DNA of 64,000 bases, from the NCBI GenBank assembly GCA_964036045.1, contig OZ038378.1:193812001-193876000 (forward strand). The letters are read 5' to 3'. Origin of the DNA: Eutreptiella sp. 'Long Island Sound 2002' (taxonomy: Eukaryota > Protista > Euglenida). A model generated the notes under the pieces. The model did no database searches and was not told where the DNA came from. It saw nothing but the letters and a program-made list of their open reading frames with translations. The position numbers and the translations under genes were made by a program. Positions 13,485 through 25,072 of the stretch are shown here, piece after piece (within the stretch, counting starts at the first letter, position 1; each line of letters opens with the position of its first letter).

Positions 13485-13518
<34 letters not shown>
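13455..13518. repeat. (CA)n microsatellite; further (CA/TG)n tracts at ~30-102, 11143-11205, 11893-11932, 13964-13990 and 14343-14390
   Basis: Read directly from the sequence. Confidence 0.9.
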
Positions 13519-13520
<2 letters not shown>

Positions 13521-13961
13521 TGCAAGACAAACGGGCACAACTCCGGTTCCGAGTGTCAGAATCCTCGTCAGGTGCAGTGTCAAAACAAAGGCATGCTGAA
13601 ACATGGCAGTAGGCGCTTTTCTGAAGCACAGGTAAAAGGCAGAGAGATCTGCCTATCTGGATGCACCATTACCTCCATGCTGTGAAGGGTGGCCCCTGGC
13701 AGCATCGCTGACCAGAAGCCTGCACAGGAAACAGGACACAGCACAACGTCAAATTTGACTGTTGAACCGGATTATTTGGGAGAGTCAGGCCCTGCCCCTA
13801 CACAGTTGCTACATCAGACCCACCGACGCTTATGATGACGACCAGTCACTGTACGGAAGGGACGGAGGGGTTGGTAAACCGTATGCAGGCATGGGTCCCC
13901 AACCGTTGCACAACAAAGAAATGCAAAATGGAAAATGGAAAACTGCACCATCATTGGGGCA

Positions 13962-13993
<32 letters not shown>

Positions 13994-16900
13994 CGCTGCC
14001 AGAGTGTTTTGCATCAACAGCAGGAATCCTCGCACAGGGACTGCAGCACCACAAGGCTGTCGAAGTCATTGTTCCATTCCCCGCAGACTTCCCCGGCCAT
14101 GAGATGCGCTGGCAGTCTCCATGAGCTGCACATGCCGCCAGCCCAAAACGCATGACGCTCAAGCCACCTGCCCACCCTCGCAGCGACAAAACATCTGCAG
14201 GCCGGCATGTGCTACGGCAGGTGGTGAAGAACCTTTTCCGTGGCACAATTGGAGTGGGGTGTCCTGCTGTACTTTTGCAATGGACCGGTGCAGGGCCTGC
14301 GTCGGGACAACTCTACTGTCGGGACAACTCTACTGAAGCCTGACACACACACACACATGCACACACGCACACACACACACACAGAGACACAGTCTCAAGC
14401 CCAAGTGCGTGCCGGTGGTATATGTGTCGTGCCTGAGGATAGGGGAGTAGGGAGTCCTGAAAAGCAACAACCCGATCCACAAGAGTTCAATGTTCCGTGG
14501 ACTGCCACAGGCATACGGGAACAATGTGTCCAAACAAAGAGTGAGCTCTAAGTGCTGCACAACACGGAAATGAGGTTAGAACGATGACGATGAGATGCAG
14601 AACTTTGATCGTCCCGAATACAAAATAGATCCCGTCCGATGGGTGCCATCCCCTTTGAATGGGCTCGAAGGGCCCGAAAGAAAGAATAACGCAGCGCAAA
14701 GCAACGGGCGTACAAAGGCTGCTCGTTGACATCCAATACTCTGAGACATGTGCCCACAACCGTCAACGGGTCATTGGTTGGCCATTAACGCTCGGCAGTT
14801 GGCGGGTAATCATCGGCGGTTGGGGGTTAACTGTTTGCAGTTGGGGGTCAATCGGCAGTAACTGGCAGCCAACCAATAGCACAGGGGGGCGGGGGCAGGG
14901 GGGGGGGGGTTCGGTTGAGTTTCGGAGCCCAACCCGCGCGGCGTGGGCAGGGGGGTCAGAGTCAAATTTCCTTTCAGGCTTTGAGGGCATTTTGAATTCC
15001 CCGTTTCATGCTGGGCATTTTGAATATGCACGACTCAGGGAAGGGGGGGGGGATTCCCTTTACCATTCACCACAAATGGGGGATGCTGTGCCCCATCCAC
15101 AAAATGCCCAAACCATTTTCCGGGCGCCGCTGGAGCCCAAATCTATTGTTTCCCATGTTTCACCCGCGGTGTAGGACGGGGTCCCTGGGGGGTGGGGGGT
15201 CCCGGTCCGACATGTAAGCCGATCCCCCTCCCGCGGTGCCGGATAGCGGTGCGTGGCCAACCGCCGGCAAACGGTCTGGGCAGCCCGTGGCAAAGCGCAA
15301 GCCGTCCCGGAGGAAACGCCCAGCCCTTCGGTGTGTTGCGCGGGAGTGTTGCCTGCTCCCTGCCGCCCTTCCCACGCAAGCATTAGCCTGCTCCTGTGCA
15401 TGGGGCAGCACAGCATTAGCCGTGCAACAGCCCCCGCACTCCTCTGGGTCGCAGTGCTCTCCTGCATCCTACCGCCCAGGCAACCCCCCCCACCACCCCA
15501 AGGGCTGTCCCTAGTGCCCCCCTCCCCCCCATAAAAGAAACTGCCGGGCTCCGGTACACCGGGGCCTCGGCAGCGCACCGGCCGGTCAGCATCTGCTGTC
15601 GGTTACCCCGGCCAACCGGCATTGGGTGACCATCAGCCGTCGGGTAACTGCCAACCACCGTCGGTTAACCACAATCCCACCACCCAAGACCTCGGGCGGT
15701 CCCCAGCAGACCCAAAAAGAAGCATCTCACTCCCAAAGGACAATCCCCCCCTCACCCTCAACACCGGCGGTGGCACAGTAGGCGCGCCGTCGGCTCGCGG
15801 TCCCTTTCACAAGCAGCGGAGCATGGCTGGGCGGCAGACTGAATACTCGGTGACCGGGCGCCATGCCCCTCTGCCATGCAGTGCAGGGTCCCCAGCTCCT
15901 GAACTCCGCAGCAACCCCTGTGGCACGGCACCGCCCCTGTGCTCCACATCGCCCTGCTTCAACACAAACAGAAGTGGCGGCCTTTGCGGCTTGCGGCCGT
16001 GGCACCTGAGGGACTGATGGCTGGCTTCAGGCCCTATGGCCTGCAGACGCAGACCAATGTGACACATCAGTGAGAACTGGGTGCCCTGTGCCTCTTCCCA
16101 TGGAGCTCTAATCCCCCTGGCCCTCCTGAGAATGAGCCGGGGCGGATCTTGGAAACCTGGAGATAGAACCCGTGATCCCCATCATTGGTTAAGGGATTCA
16201 TGTAGAAGAAACGTTCTCTAGGACTTGGGGCTAGATCGATGCACATCGGCGGCTGCAGGCCAACCAATTCCTGCCCACGATGGTGCAAGCAAATCCAAAA
16301 CGGCGCTCCTGTGGGCCAATCAACACCACTACTTCTTTCATGACCCCTGGATGACATACGGGATGATAATGCCAGTGAGCCACTGTGGCACAACAGGCAC
16401 CCACTTCACATGACTGCCAGATTGCCGCCTCCGTTGTCCTGCCACTGACTTTGGTGTGACGGGGGCTGTCCTTACGGAGTCAGGCTTTTCCCTTGCCAAG
16501 CCCAACCCAAGGCAGGATTGAATGGTGCTCAAGGCCCCCGCTGGAAATGCACTGCCAGTGTATTGTCGAAGCAGAGGCCCGTGCAAGCGCACTGCAGTGC
16601 ACGTGCAACAGACGAAGAATAGGAATATCCCGGGCTGGTCATAGACACACACAAAGGACCGTCTAAACCCATACCTCAAGGGAGCGTCTGTGACCAGCAA
16701 TTGCCGTCAATCACCGGGACACCGCTGAAGGCTGTCCGGGCGGTCAGACAATGAGGACCCGCTGCCAGTCAATCACCCACGGCTGTCCACATGACGGCTG
16801 CTGCCAACCAGCAGCCGCATTCCGCGGGGCTGTCGATGTCGGGCAGAATTTCACAAAAGCGGGCGGAGTGGGGGGGGGGGGGGGGGCGTGTGTTTACAAA

Positions 16901-18031
16901 AGTGAGGGTACTGCGTTGTACCAACGCAGTTGTTGGTGAAGGCCCGTCTGGGGGGGAATGTGGCAGCAATTTTGTGGGTGAGAGTGGGATGTCTGTCCCA
17001 CTGCTCACGTCTGCAGCTACTGGCTGCCCCCATGGCGAGCCCTCCGGCTCCCCCACGCCCAAGTAAACCCTGCGGCCGGTGCCCTTGCTGTGGTGTGGGG
17101 GCCCGAATGGCGTTAGGCCATCGCGAACAGACCGGAGAAGAGGGTTTCGGAAGATGGAGTGGGCTCCGTTGCTCAATACACGGCGCCCGGGGGGGGGGGG
17201 GGCTCTGGTCGCCTCAAGTTGCCCAACTCCTCTCCTCCTCCAACCCCCTCCCCCTCTCTTCTCTGCACCCCGGTGCCCTGTTTGCCCTGCAGCACCCCTA
17301 GTGCGGTGCCCCTAGTTGGGTTGCCCCTGTAGGAGTAGCTTGGGGGGGTAGCTTGAGGTGCTGCGGAGCAAGTGAGGCACCCAGACAGGGTGCGTGCACA
17401 TTAGTAGATCCCTCCCTCCCTCCCTCCCTCCCCTCATCCCTCTTCAGTGCCCGTCAGCACCCAAGGGGGGGGGCTGGGTGCTTCAAGTTGCCCTGACGTT
17501 CTGTGGCAGTCCGGGGGGGGGGGGGCTGCTTAAAATTGCCAACCAGTCTGAGTCCGGTACACTCCAGCTCGGTGTGTGCGGGGGGGGGGGGGGGCTCGCA
17601 CACTTCAAGTTGCCCAATCAGTAGGCCGCCGGGAGGGGTCCCGGTGGCTGTTGTTGCCATTTGAAGGGAAAACTAAGGAAGCACTGCTGGCAGGGACATT
17701 GAGCAGCCACAGCTTCACGCCTTGGGTCCCAGGGAGCCGCCCCCCGCAACGCTCAAGCCATCCATCCATCCCTGGGGCCGTGCGGTGAGGGTGCCCTCCA
17801 CCACAAGTGCAATGGAAACATGCAACACAGGGCCACGGAACAGAAGGGGGGGTGGGGTGTTGAGTTACTGCAGCGAGCCTTGCTTGCCCTGGCAGCAGCG
17901 GGAGCCCCCGCTGGGACTCTGTGACTGGTCCAGCTCCGACTGGCGCCTGAGGGACTGGGGACCCTCCCACCCCCAAACCCCAAACCCCCTCCCTCATGCA
18001 GGCCCTAGCCCCCTTTGGAATGGGGTGGGCG

Positions 18032-18236
18032 CAGGGAAGTATTAGAAGGGGAGGCAGGGGGAGGGGGGGGGGGCCTGGAGCCCAAAAATTTGTGTTCCAA
18101 AATGACCCGAGAAGGTGTTCCTCGTTGTAAATGTTGTTGTTTCCCATGATGGCCACTTTGGTCTTTAGGGGGGGGGGGTCCAGGGGGAGGTACCCCCCCT
18201 CCTCCGACTGTGGAGGGCCATTCCAATACTTCCCTG
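18032..18236. mobile_element. hAT-type MITE, family 1
   Basis: TIR cagggaagtattagaa / ttccaatacttccctg. Exact 8-bp TSD ggtgggcg at 18024-18031 and 18237-18244. Confidence 0.85.
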
Positions 18237-19060
18237 GGTGGGCGTGTCTTCCGACACACAACGCCATTCAGCGGGGCCGTGGGGCCTACCCCCCACGTAC
18301 TCCCGAGGGTCAGGCCGAGGACCGCAGGGGGGCCCGGTGTGCAGCACGTTGAGGGTGGATACGCAGTGCAGCATGGCATCGGCGTTCATGCATGTCCTCA
18401 CCGGTGACCTGTCAGCAGGCGCCCAATCAGCGTTCTGTCGTTGGCAGAGAGGCACCTATGGTCTGTTATTGGCCCCCGATGAGCATGTGTCTGATGCGTG
18501 CTGCTGTGTGTGTGCCCAAGTCAGGCCGGCTGACGACGCCGCCACCCACCCTGGGCGCCCCCCGGGGTCAGAGGTGCAGCCTGTGAGGGGCAGACGCACC
18601 ACTGCCTCACCAAGTGTGCTCCCACCAGTTCCAAGCAAGCCGGGGCCTGTCGGCGGGACTGGTGTCTCAGAGCGGGCTGTCCTGCTCGCCACCCCTAAAG
18701 CCTCTCTGGCTGTCCAGCCAGCAATAATTAGGGGCCGTCCTGCCCCAAAACGTGGCCGTCGTGCCAACGTCTATGAGGGGCCGTCCTGCCCTGCCTCTCG
18801 GAGTGTGTGTGTGTACGGCCAGACGTCTTGCCGCTCGACATCATTTGATGGGCTTGCGGACAGTGGTTGCTGGCACGACCTGACCTGACCTGACCTGTGT
18901 GTGTGCCCTTACACTTCCATACCACAGCCTTGCACTCGGGGCTGGTGCAGTTGGAGGGGCTATTGTGGGGGGGAACCTGCCGTCGCAACGCGGGATGGCA
19001 CTACGGCCCCCATCCCGCCTGGTTCCATTCCAAACACCGTCCTGCACCAGGCCCCCCAAG

Positions 19061-19300
19061 CAGGGATGTATTAGAAGGGGGAGAGGGGGGGGGGTTGGCT
19101 GGGACACCCCTCCTCCTCGGGTCCCCCTATGGTCCCCGCCAAAGGCGGGCCAAAAACTGTTCAGCCTTAATCCTCTTGGCGCCGAAGCAAATTTTCGGCT
19201 GTCAGCCTCAAACATTGGAAGGGGTGGAGGGGGTGGAGAGGGGGGTCCAGGGGGGGTTACCCCCTCTCCTCCTGCGGTGTACGGCCGTTCTAATACATCA
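19061..19300. mobile_element. MITE with CAGGGATGTATTAGAA-type TIR and a different internal sequence
   Basis: cagggatgtattagaa ... ttctaatacatc. Right end is degraded. Confidence 0.65.
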
Positions 19301-19565
19301 CCCCCCCCCCCCCCAGGAGGTCTGTGCTTACCGCAAAACAAAACGAAAAATCTCGGCAATGTACGCCTCACACAACAAATGCGCACACCGCCACTGGAGA
19401 ATGCTACTACACGCAGTGAAAAATCGAAAACATCCAGTAATACATCCTTCTGAGGTGTGTCGCTGGTGAAGAGAGGGGACCTTCACCTGCAGCCGCCCAC
19501 AAACCCGCCCTTCCTCCAGAGAGGCCTGCAGGTGATCCCGGAGACACGCGCACAGCGCCGCCTCG

Positions 19566-19781
19566 TCAGTACGGGCCCATGGGAGCATGTACCCCGGCTG
19601 CCACTGTGGCGACGAGCCGGGGGTCATAGGCCGAGTGGTGCAGCTGCGGCGGCTTCGTCTGCGGGACCCCATTCGGCATCGGACCGGACATCGGGGCATC
19701 GGCGTAGACGCCGAGGCCCGGGGTGGCCCCGAAATCGGCGAAGCTGAGCTGCGAGGACACCCTCGATGACACGGACCATGT
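19566..19781 (-). CDS. Gene B terminal exon 11
   Basis: ctccccacag|ACA. Reads TWSVSSRVSSQLSFADFG...HAPMGPY*. 216 nt, GC3-rich, TGA at 19568-19566. Confidence 0.68.
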   Translation of the reverse strand, partial: TWSVSSRVSSQLSFADFGATPGLGVYADAPMSGPMPNGVPQTKPPQLHHSAYDPRLVATVAAGVHAPMGPY

Positions 19782-19964
19782 CTGTGGGGAGGGCAGGGAA
19801 CGCACTGAGCAGGAGGACACGCCCACGCGCGGCCAGACATCCACAAGAGTCCGTTTTGTTGAAGAAACACGTGTTGTTGTTGGACCCACAAGACACACGC
19901 ATTCCGTGCACGCGTCAATAGGGCACGGCTCCATGTCACGATGTCTGACGCAGACCCCAGTAGC

Positions 19965-20175
19965 CAGGGATGCATTGGAAGGGAGGGAGGTCCCGGCCCC
20001 CCCTCCAGGGCGCCCAGCCTCCGCCCAGCCACTGTCCCTGACGCCAAGGGCCAACTTCAATGGCATTTGTAACCGACAGTAACCGCCCCCAACCGCTTTG
20101 GCAACCTCCTCCAACCGCCTGTCCACCCGCTTGTAGGGCCACCTCTGAGGTCCCCTCCCTTCTAATGCATCCCTG
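19965..20175. mobile_element. hAT-type MITE, family 2 (most abundant repeat in the window)
   Basis: TIR cagggatgcattggaaggg / cccttctaatgcatccctg. Exact 8-bp TSD ccagtagc at 19957-19964 and 20176-20183. Confidence 0.88.
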
Positions 20176-21047
20176 CCAGTAGCACCAAGTAGCTGCAAGG
20201 CTATGCCTATCCACGAGGTGGGGGGGGCGGATCTGGCCGAACCACCCACCCACCCACCCAGAACCGAAAAACTGTTCCTCGGGGGAAAGAGCAAAAGTTT
20301 GACAGAGAGCCAAACACTAGAGGCCCATTTGAGGTACACAAACATTTTTTCGCCCTCGCCCCCCCCCCCCCGCCATCCCCCATGGGGCATGCCAAGCACT
20401 AAGGTCCGGTCTGGTCCCTTTCCGCGGCGCGCAGTCGAGAAATCACGCCACAATCTCTGCATCATGTGAGCGCTGTGCAGGGGGCCCCATTCCATCACAG
20501 GTCAGGAATGCAGGAGCCGCACATTGTCACTGTGCGTGGGGATGTTGTGACAGTATATGTCTATTGGGATACGAGAGGACGTTTGTTGCAGGCTGTAGCC
20601 TTGCTGAGAGTCGGCCACAACCCGTGCCAAAGACGCGAAATGACTGTTTCCACCAATAATGGCCTAGTGAATGGGCCGGTGCACAATCTGCTTAAGCAGG
20701 TGTTCACCCCGGGCGATTCGGAATGGGTGGAGGGAAGCAGTGCACCACACAATCATGAATGGGGGGGTTGTGTTGGGTGAGGCATTGTGCCGTCGTGGGG
20801 TCCAGTCCCCCCAGGGGCCGGCAGACTGCACGTTCATTGGCAGACCATGAAAGTTGGAGGGTGCCCCCCCATCCCAAATGCTGTGGGACGCGCAGCACAG
20901 GGCTCATGAGGTCACCGAGCACTTTGAGCGCTGGTTTTGCAGAGGGCGGGAAGAACTGAACGGCATGTGGCTCCCCCACTCCCCCACTCAGAAGACCAAA
21001 TGGCACGTCAAGCAACGAAGACAAAAGGGCAGAATTATCATTCACGC

Positions 21048-21262
21048 CAGGCCTTTGCTTAGTGATACTGGGGGGGGGGGGGGGTCAAATTGGCCCCCCG
21101 GGATTTTCGCTGACCCACCCACCCACCCACCCACATCAGAAAAAAAATGAAATTTATCAAAGGGGCCCGAACTTGGAGGTCGATTTTAGGTACACAAACT
21201 TCTTTTTGGCCTCTGACCCCCCCCCCCGGTATAGTATCAACCAGCCACTAAGCAAAGGCCTG
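21048..21262. mobile_element. hAT-type MITE, family 3
   Basis: Perfect 17-bp TIR caggcctttgcttagtg / cactaagcaaaggcctg. Exact 8-bp TSD attcacgc. Related internal fragments at ~20225-20370, 27770-27935, 30220-30350 and 50590-50700. Confidence 0.88.
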
Positions 21263-21455
21263 ATTCACGCCCCAACCGGGCACTGGTGCGTCATGCCTCG
21301 TGGTCAGGCGTGATGTGCTATGACAGTGGCGCCGCGTGGCCTCAGTTATGGCGGAGGAGGGAGGGCAATGTGCCATCGCTTCCAGTCCCACCCACAGCAC
21401 ATCCAACCACGACCCCCTGCCGCCCCCCCCCCCCCCACGCACACACGCGCAGCAC

Positions 21456-21832
21456 CTCGTCGGGCACACTATCCAAATCGTCGTTCGGCAGCATCCGCAC
21501 GGCGCGGGCAAAGCAGTCGAACCCCGGGTCAAACGGCGCGTGCGGCGAGGGCTGCCGGGGATCCTCCAGGGGATTCGCGCAGCGCACGCGCTGCGCGGGC
21601 TGCTCCTCCTCCAGCACCTGCCGGTCCGCGGTCGCTTGGAGCTGCTGCAGCAGCTGCTGCTGCCGCTCGACAAACGAGGGCGGCTGCTGCGGCTGCTCGG
21701 GAGGGGCGGGCTCGGCGCGGAGCAGCGCCGCGGGCCCTGGCAGACTGGACGGCATCCCGAGCAGCTGCGCCTGCGCGAGCGCGGGAACGGCTGCACGTAC
21801 TGCCCCGACCGCAACTCCGCACTGCCGGACTT
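21456..21832 (-). CDS. Gene B exon 10 (contains a -1 frameshift at G3 21783-21785)
   Basis: gtgtgcag|AAG. KSGSAELRSGQYVQPFP is followed, in a shifted frame, by ALAQAQLLGMP...QQQLLQQLQ...FARAVRMLPNDDLDSVPDE. Donor at 21455 or 21446, both phase 0. Confidence 0.72.
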
Positions 21833-22447
21833 CTGCACACGCTCTTACACTGCCCTTGCCCTCGCCCGCAGCCTCACCCTCACCCTCACAGTAACCGGCA
21901 GTGGGCGGAGCGCAGGGGGGTGGGGGGTTGCGGTCAGGGAGCGTCAAATCTAGTTGCGCAAAATTGCGGCAAATTGTGGGAAAATTGCGGCAATTGCGGC
22001 AAATTGCAGACCTCAACACCCCCCCCCCCCCTGCAGCCAACAGTGAGGGCAGTTGTCCTCCTCCGTGTGGGCCCGACACAAGGCAGGGAAACAGGGAAAG
22101 TCCGGGGGCTCCGGTGGCACAACCGACCAAGGGAAAGGAAAGGAAAGTAGAGAGGGAAAGATGGGCCAAGGAGGGAGAGGAAGGACACAGGGGGCGGAGA
22201 GGCCGATGGGCACCGAATGGGGCCAAGGGAAGGGCAGTAAGTCGCGATCGGCCAATTGGCGCCGCCGGCTGCAGACCAAAAACCGACCATGGCGTCATAC
22301 CAACCCCCCCCCCCCTGCGGAGGGTAACCGACGGCAAATTGACGGCAAACGTCCGAAATGCCCCGAACCAACAAACGACCGCGGACGGCCTTGAGGACCG
22401 GCCCTACCCCTCCCCTTCCCCCTCCCTCCCTCGCCCCCCCCCTTTAC

Positions 22448-22816
22448 CTGAGCTGTCGCCCCAAAATACCACGGCTGCTGCAGCACCGCCGCCGGGCCGC
22501 CCGGCTGGAGCCCCGCGGTCTGCGCGCCGGGGGCGGTGCCCTTCCCCCACGTCTGCGTCTCCTGCATCAGGTCCAGCAGCGCCTGCTGCTCCGCGGTGAT
22601 GGGGTTGGGCATGTGGGACGACGACGACGACGATGCCTCGGCGCCGTTCGGCCGGGCCTGGGGCTGCCGGGGCTGGGCCAGTGCTGCGGCGCGCGTTGGG
22701 GCTGCGGCGTGCGGGGGCCCCACCGGAGGCTGAGCCCAGACGTGCTGCGGGGCCGGGTCTGGGAACGGGGGCTGCACGGGGCCGCCGGCTGCCAAGGGCT
22801 GATACCCATTCGCCGC
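22448..22816 (-). CDS. Gene B exon 9
   Basis: ccctccgcag|GCG, 369 nt. Reads AANGYQPLAAGG...AEQQALLDLMQETQTW...YFGATAQ. Donor CAG|gtaaag. Confidence 0.75.
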
Positions 22817-23423
22817 CTGCGGAGGGCAGCGGGAGGGAAAGAGATGGGCATCGGGTCTCGGTAATCCGGGGGTAAGGGCTGTGCCGAACGAGAAACGAAT
22901 TGGGGCTCTTAGGGACAGCCCTTGGGGGGGGGGGGGGGGTACAACACCCCTTTCCAAGCGCAGGCCTGGGGCAGCACCGCAGCGAGGCCACAAAACAGAG
23001 GATGCCGCGGTGCCAGTGCCCGTGCCCCGCTCGACCCCCCCAGCGCCCCCTGGGCGGGAAGAAAATTGCTTTGCGGGGGGGGAGATGGCACGGAAGCCCA
23101 TTTCTCCAACCCCCCCCTCCCCTCCTTGGTCGCCGTGCCGGGAGGGGGGTGTGGGCTGGGGCTGCCCTACCTGCCGTGCCGGGGAGGGGTTGGGTCCAAC
23201 CCCAACATATACGGCTCAAAATGATCCCCACGTCGCGCTGATCATTCTGACTACACATATGTGGGGGGAAATTTTTTCGTGAAAAAATTTTTCCGGGCCA
23301 AAATTTGTGTTCCGGCGCCTTTGGTGGCAACATCCGTCCTTACACAAAACAAAGGGCCTGGCACGGAAGCCCATTTCTGGAACGCCCCCCCCCCCCTCCT
23401 TCGCCGGGCGCCCATGCCAACCC

Positions 23424-23468
23424 CCCCCCCCCCGCCCGCCCGCCCGCCCGCCCGCCCGCCCGCCCGCC

Positions 23469-23503
<35 letters not shown>

Positions 23504-23509
23504 CACACA

Positions 23510-23548
<39 letters not shown>
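23424..23548. repeat. Compound microsatellite (CCCG)n(CACG)n(CA)n next to the exon 8 donor
   Basis: Read directly from the sequence. Confidence 0.9.
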
Positions 23549-23549
<1 letters not shown>

Positions 23550-23551
23550 AC

Positions 23552-23722
23552 CTGCGGGGCTGCCCCAAGGCCCAGCGGCGGGGGGGGCGGCGCATGGCCG
23601 TGCAGGCTCTGCAGCCGCTGGATCTCCTCGTTGGCCTTCAGCAGCTGCTCCCGCAGGGCCGTCGTGTTCCGCTCGGTGCGCTCCAAGTGCCGCCGCAGCA
23701 GCTCGATCTGGGGGGTGCTGGA

Positions 23723-23756
<34 letters not shown>

Positions 23757-23834
23757 CGGGGGCACGGCGGCGCCGCGCTGGTGCTCCGCGAGCGCGCGCT
23801 GGTAGAAGGCGACGTCCGCCTTCAGCTGCTGCAC
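23552..23834 (-). CDS. Gene B exon 8 (coiled coil; contains a +1 frameshift at G5 23758-23762)
   Basis: ctgtgcag|GTG. VQQLKADVAFYQRALAEHQR is followed, in a shifted frame, by QIELLRRHLERTERNTTALREQLLKANEEIQRLQ. Exon is 283 nt (3n+1). Donor CAG|gtggtg. Confidence 0.75.
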
Positions 23835-24861
23835 CTGCACAGACCAGGGGCCGCCGATGGTGCTTGGCCTACGGCCGGGACCCCTGAGGGGGGGTGGGGT
23901 GACTGGACTGTCCTTAAGGGGGAAAAACGCAGCAGAAAAGGGTTCGTAGCGCCAACAGAAACGAACGCATCGGACAGTCATGCCTCAGCCCTCCGCATTG
24001 GCTTCCACTCCCCACATGATATGTTTGTCGTGTGCTGCTTGACTATGGCGGACATGTCACGCAAACACCAGCCCACGAAAAATTCACCTGCACGCTGGGC
24101 CTGCTTTCAGCAGTTCGAGTGAAACACAAAGTGCGCACTGCGCAACTGCAATAACAAACATGGTAAGCTGGGCCCCCACACAGGGAAAAAGGCTGCCAGC
24201 GCTCTGTCGGGAGTGCAGGGGGGGTGCAGGGCTGTCCTTACGGGGGAAAAAAACGTGACACCAACAGAAACGAACGCTCACGGGGACGCTCTCTGCTTCA
24301 TGGTCAACACATGGGCACGACACAAAGCCACAGAAGCGGTATTGAACAACGGTGGGCGGTTGGCGGTTGGTGGTCCATGGGGGCATCAGGGCTGTCTTAA
24401 CAAGCAAAACAAATGAGTTGAAGGGCAGCCCTGGGAAGGGGCGGTCCCGGCCCTACACGTAACCCCCCCCCGCCCCTTCCCTCGTGCTGCCCCCCTCCTT
24501 GTGCTCAACATGGGTTCATGGATCCCATGCTTCGGGGTGCCTCGTGCGGCGCTGGAGCGGGGGGGAGGGGGGCATGAAGTAGGCCACGGCAGAGGGACCT
24601 TCATCTGCCCCCCCAGAGACGCCGCCTTCGCATGGAGCACAATGCCAGCACCCGGAGGGCAAGCCTGCGCGGTAACTGTCAGTCACGCTCCAACCGCATC
24701 CTTCCAACTCCAACGGCGGCTGCAACGGTTTTGTAACCGCCGCCCCCCGCCCCCCAACCGGTTTCCCAACGGCCGCTAACCGGTTGTACAGGCTCTGCCC
24801 TGTGGCTACCCTCTCCTCTCCAAGCGCAGGCCAACCCTTCCGAAACAGCCCCGGGGGCGAC

Positions 24862-25072
24862 CTCATGTGCACTTGGCGAAGGCTGCGGTGCCGTCGTGGC
24901 GTTGATCAGGTCCATGGTGTACGCCGAGAGGACGCTGGTGGAGGGCGGAGGCCCCGAGGGGGCGGGGGGCGCGAACTGCCTGGGCTCCCCGGTGCTTAGC
25001 GGAGGGGAGATGGGCCCTTGCGGGGGCCCGGGCTGAGGCGGCTGGGCCGCCACTTGCGGGACGCTTCTGGCG
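24862..25072 (-). CDS. Gene B exon 7
   Basis: cattcctcag|C completes phase 2. Reads ARSVPQVAAQPPQPGPPQG...PSPSAHE. Donor GAG|gtcgcc, phase 0. Confidence 0.7.

Noticed and set aside
14548-16393. Exon-like minus-strand blocks (14548-14766, 15727-16005, ~16150-16260) as upstream ARM exons
   Set aside because: Could not be chained with consistent phases or a recognisable domain. The ARM gene has its own plausible ATG at 7481.
21248-23981. Many long overlapping ORFs on both strands
   Set aside because: These are shadow frames of GC3-rich exons and microsatellites, not separate genes.
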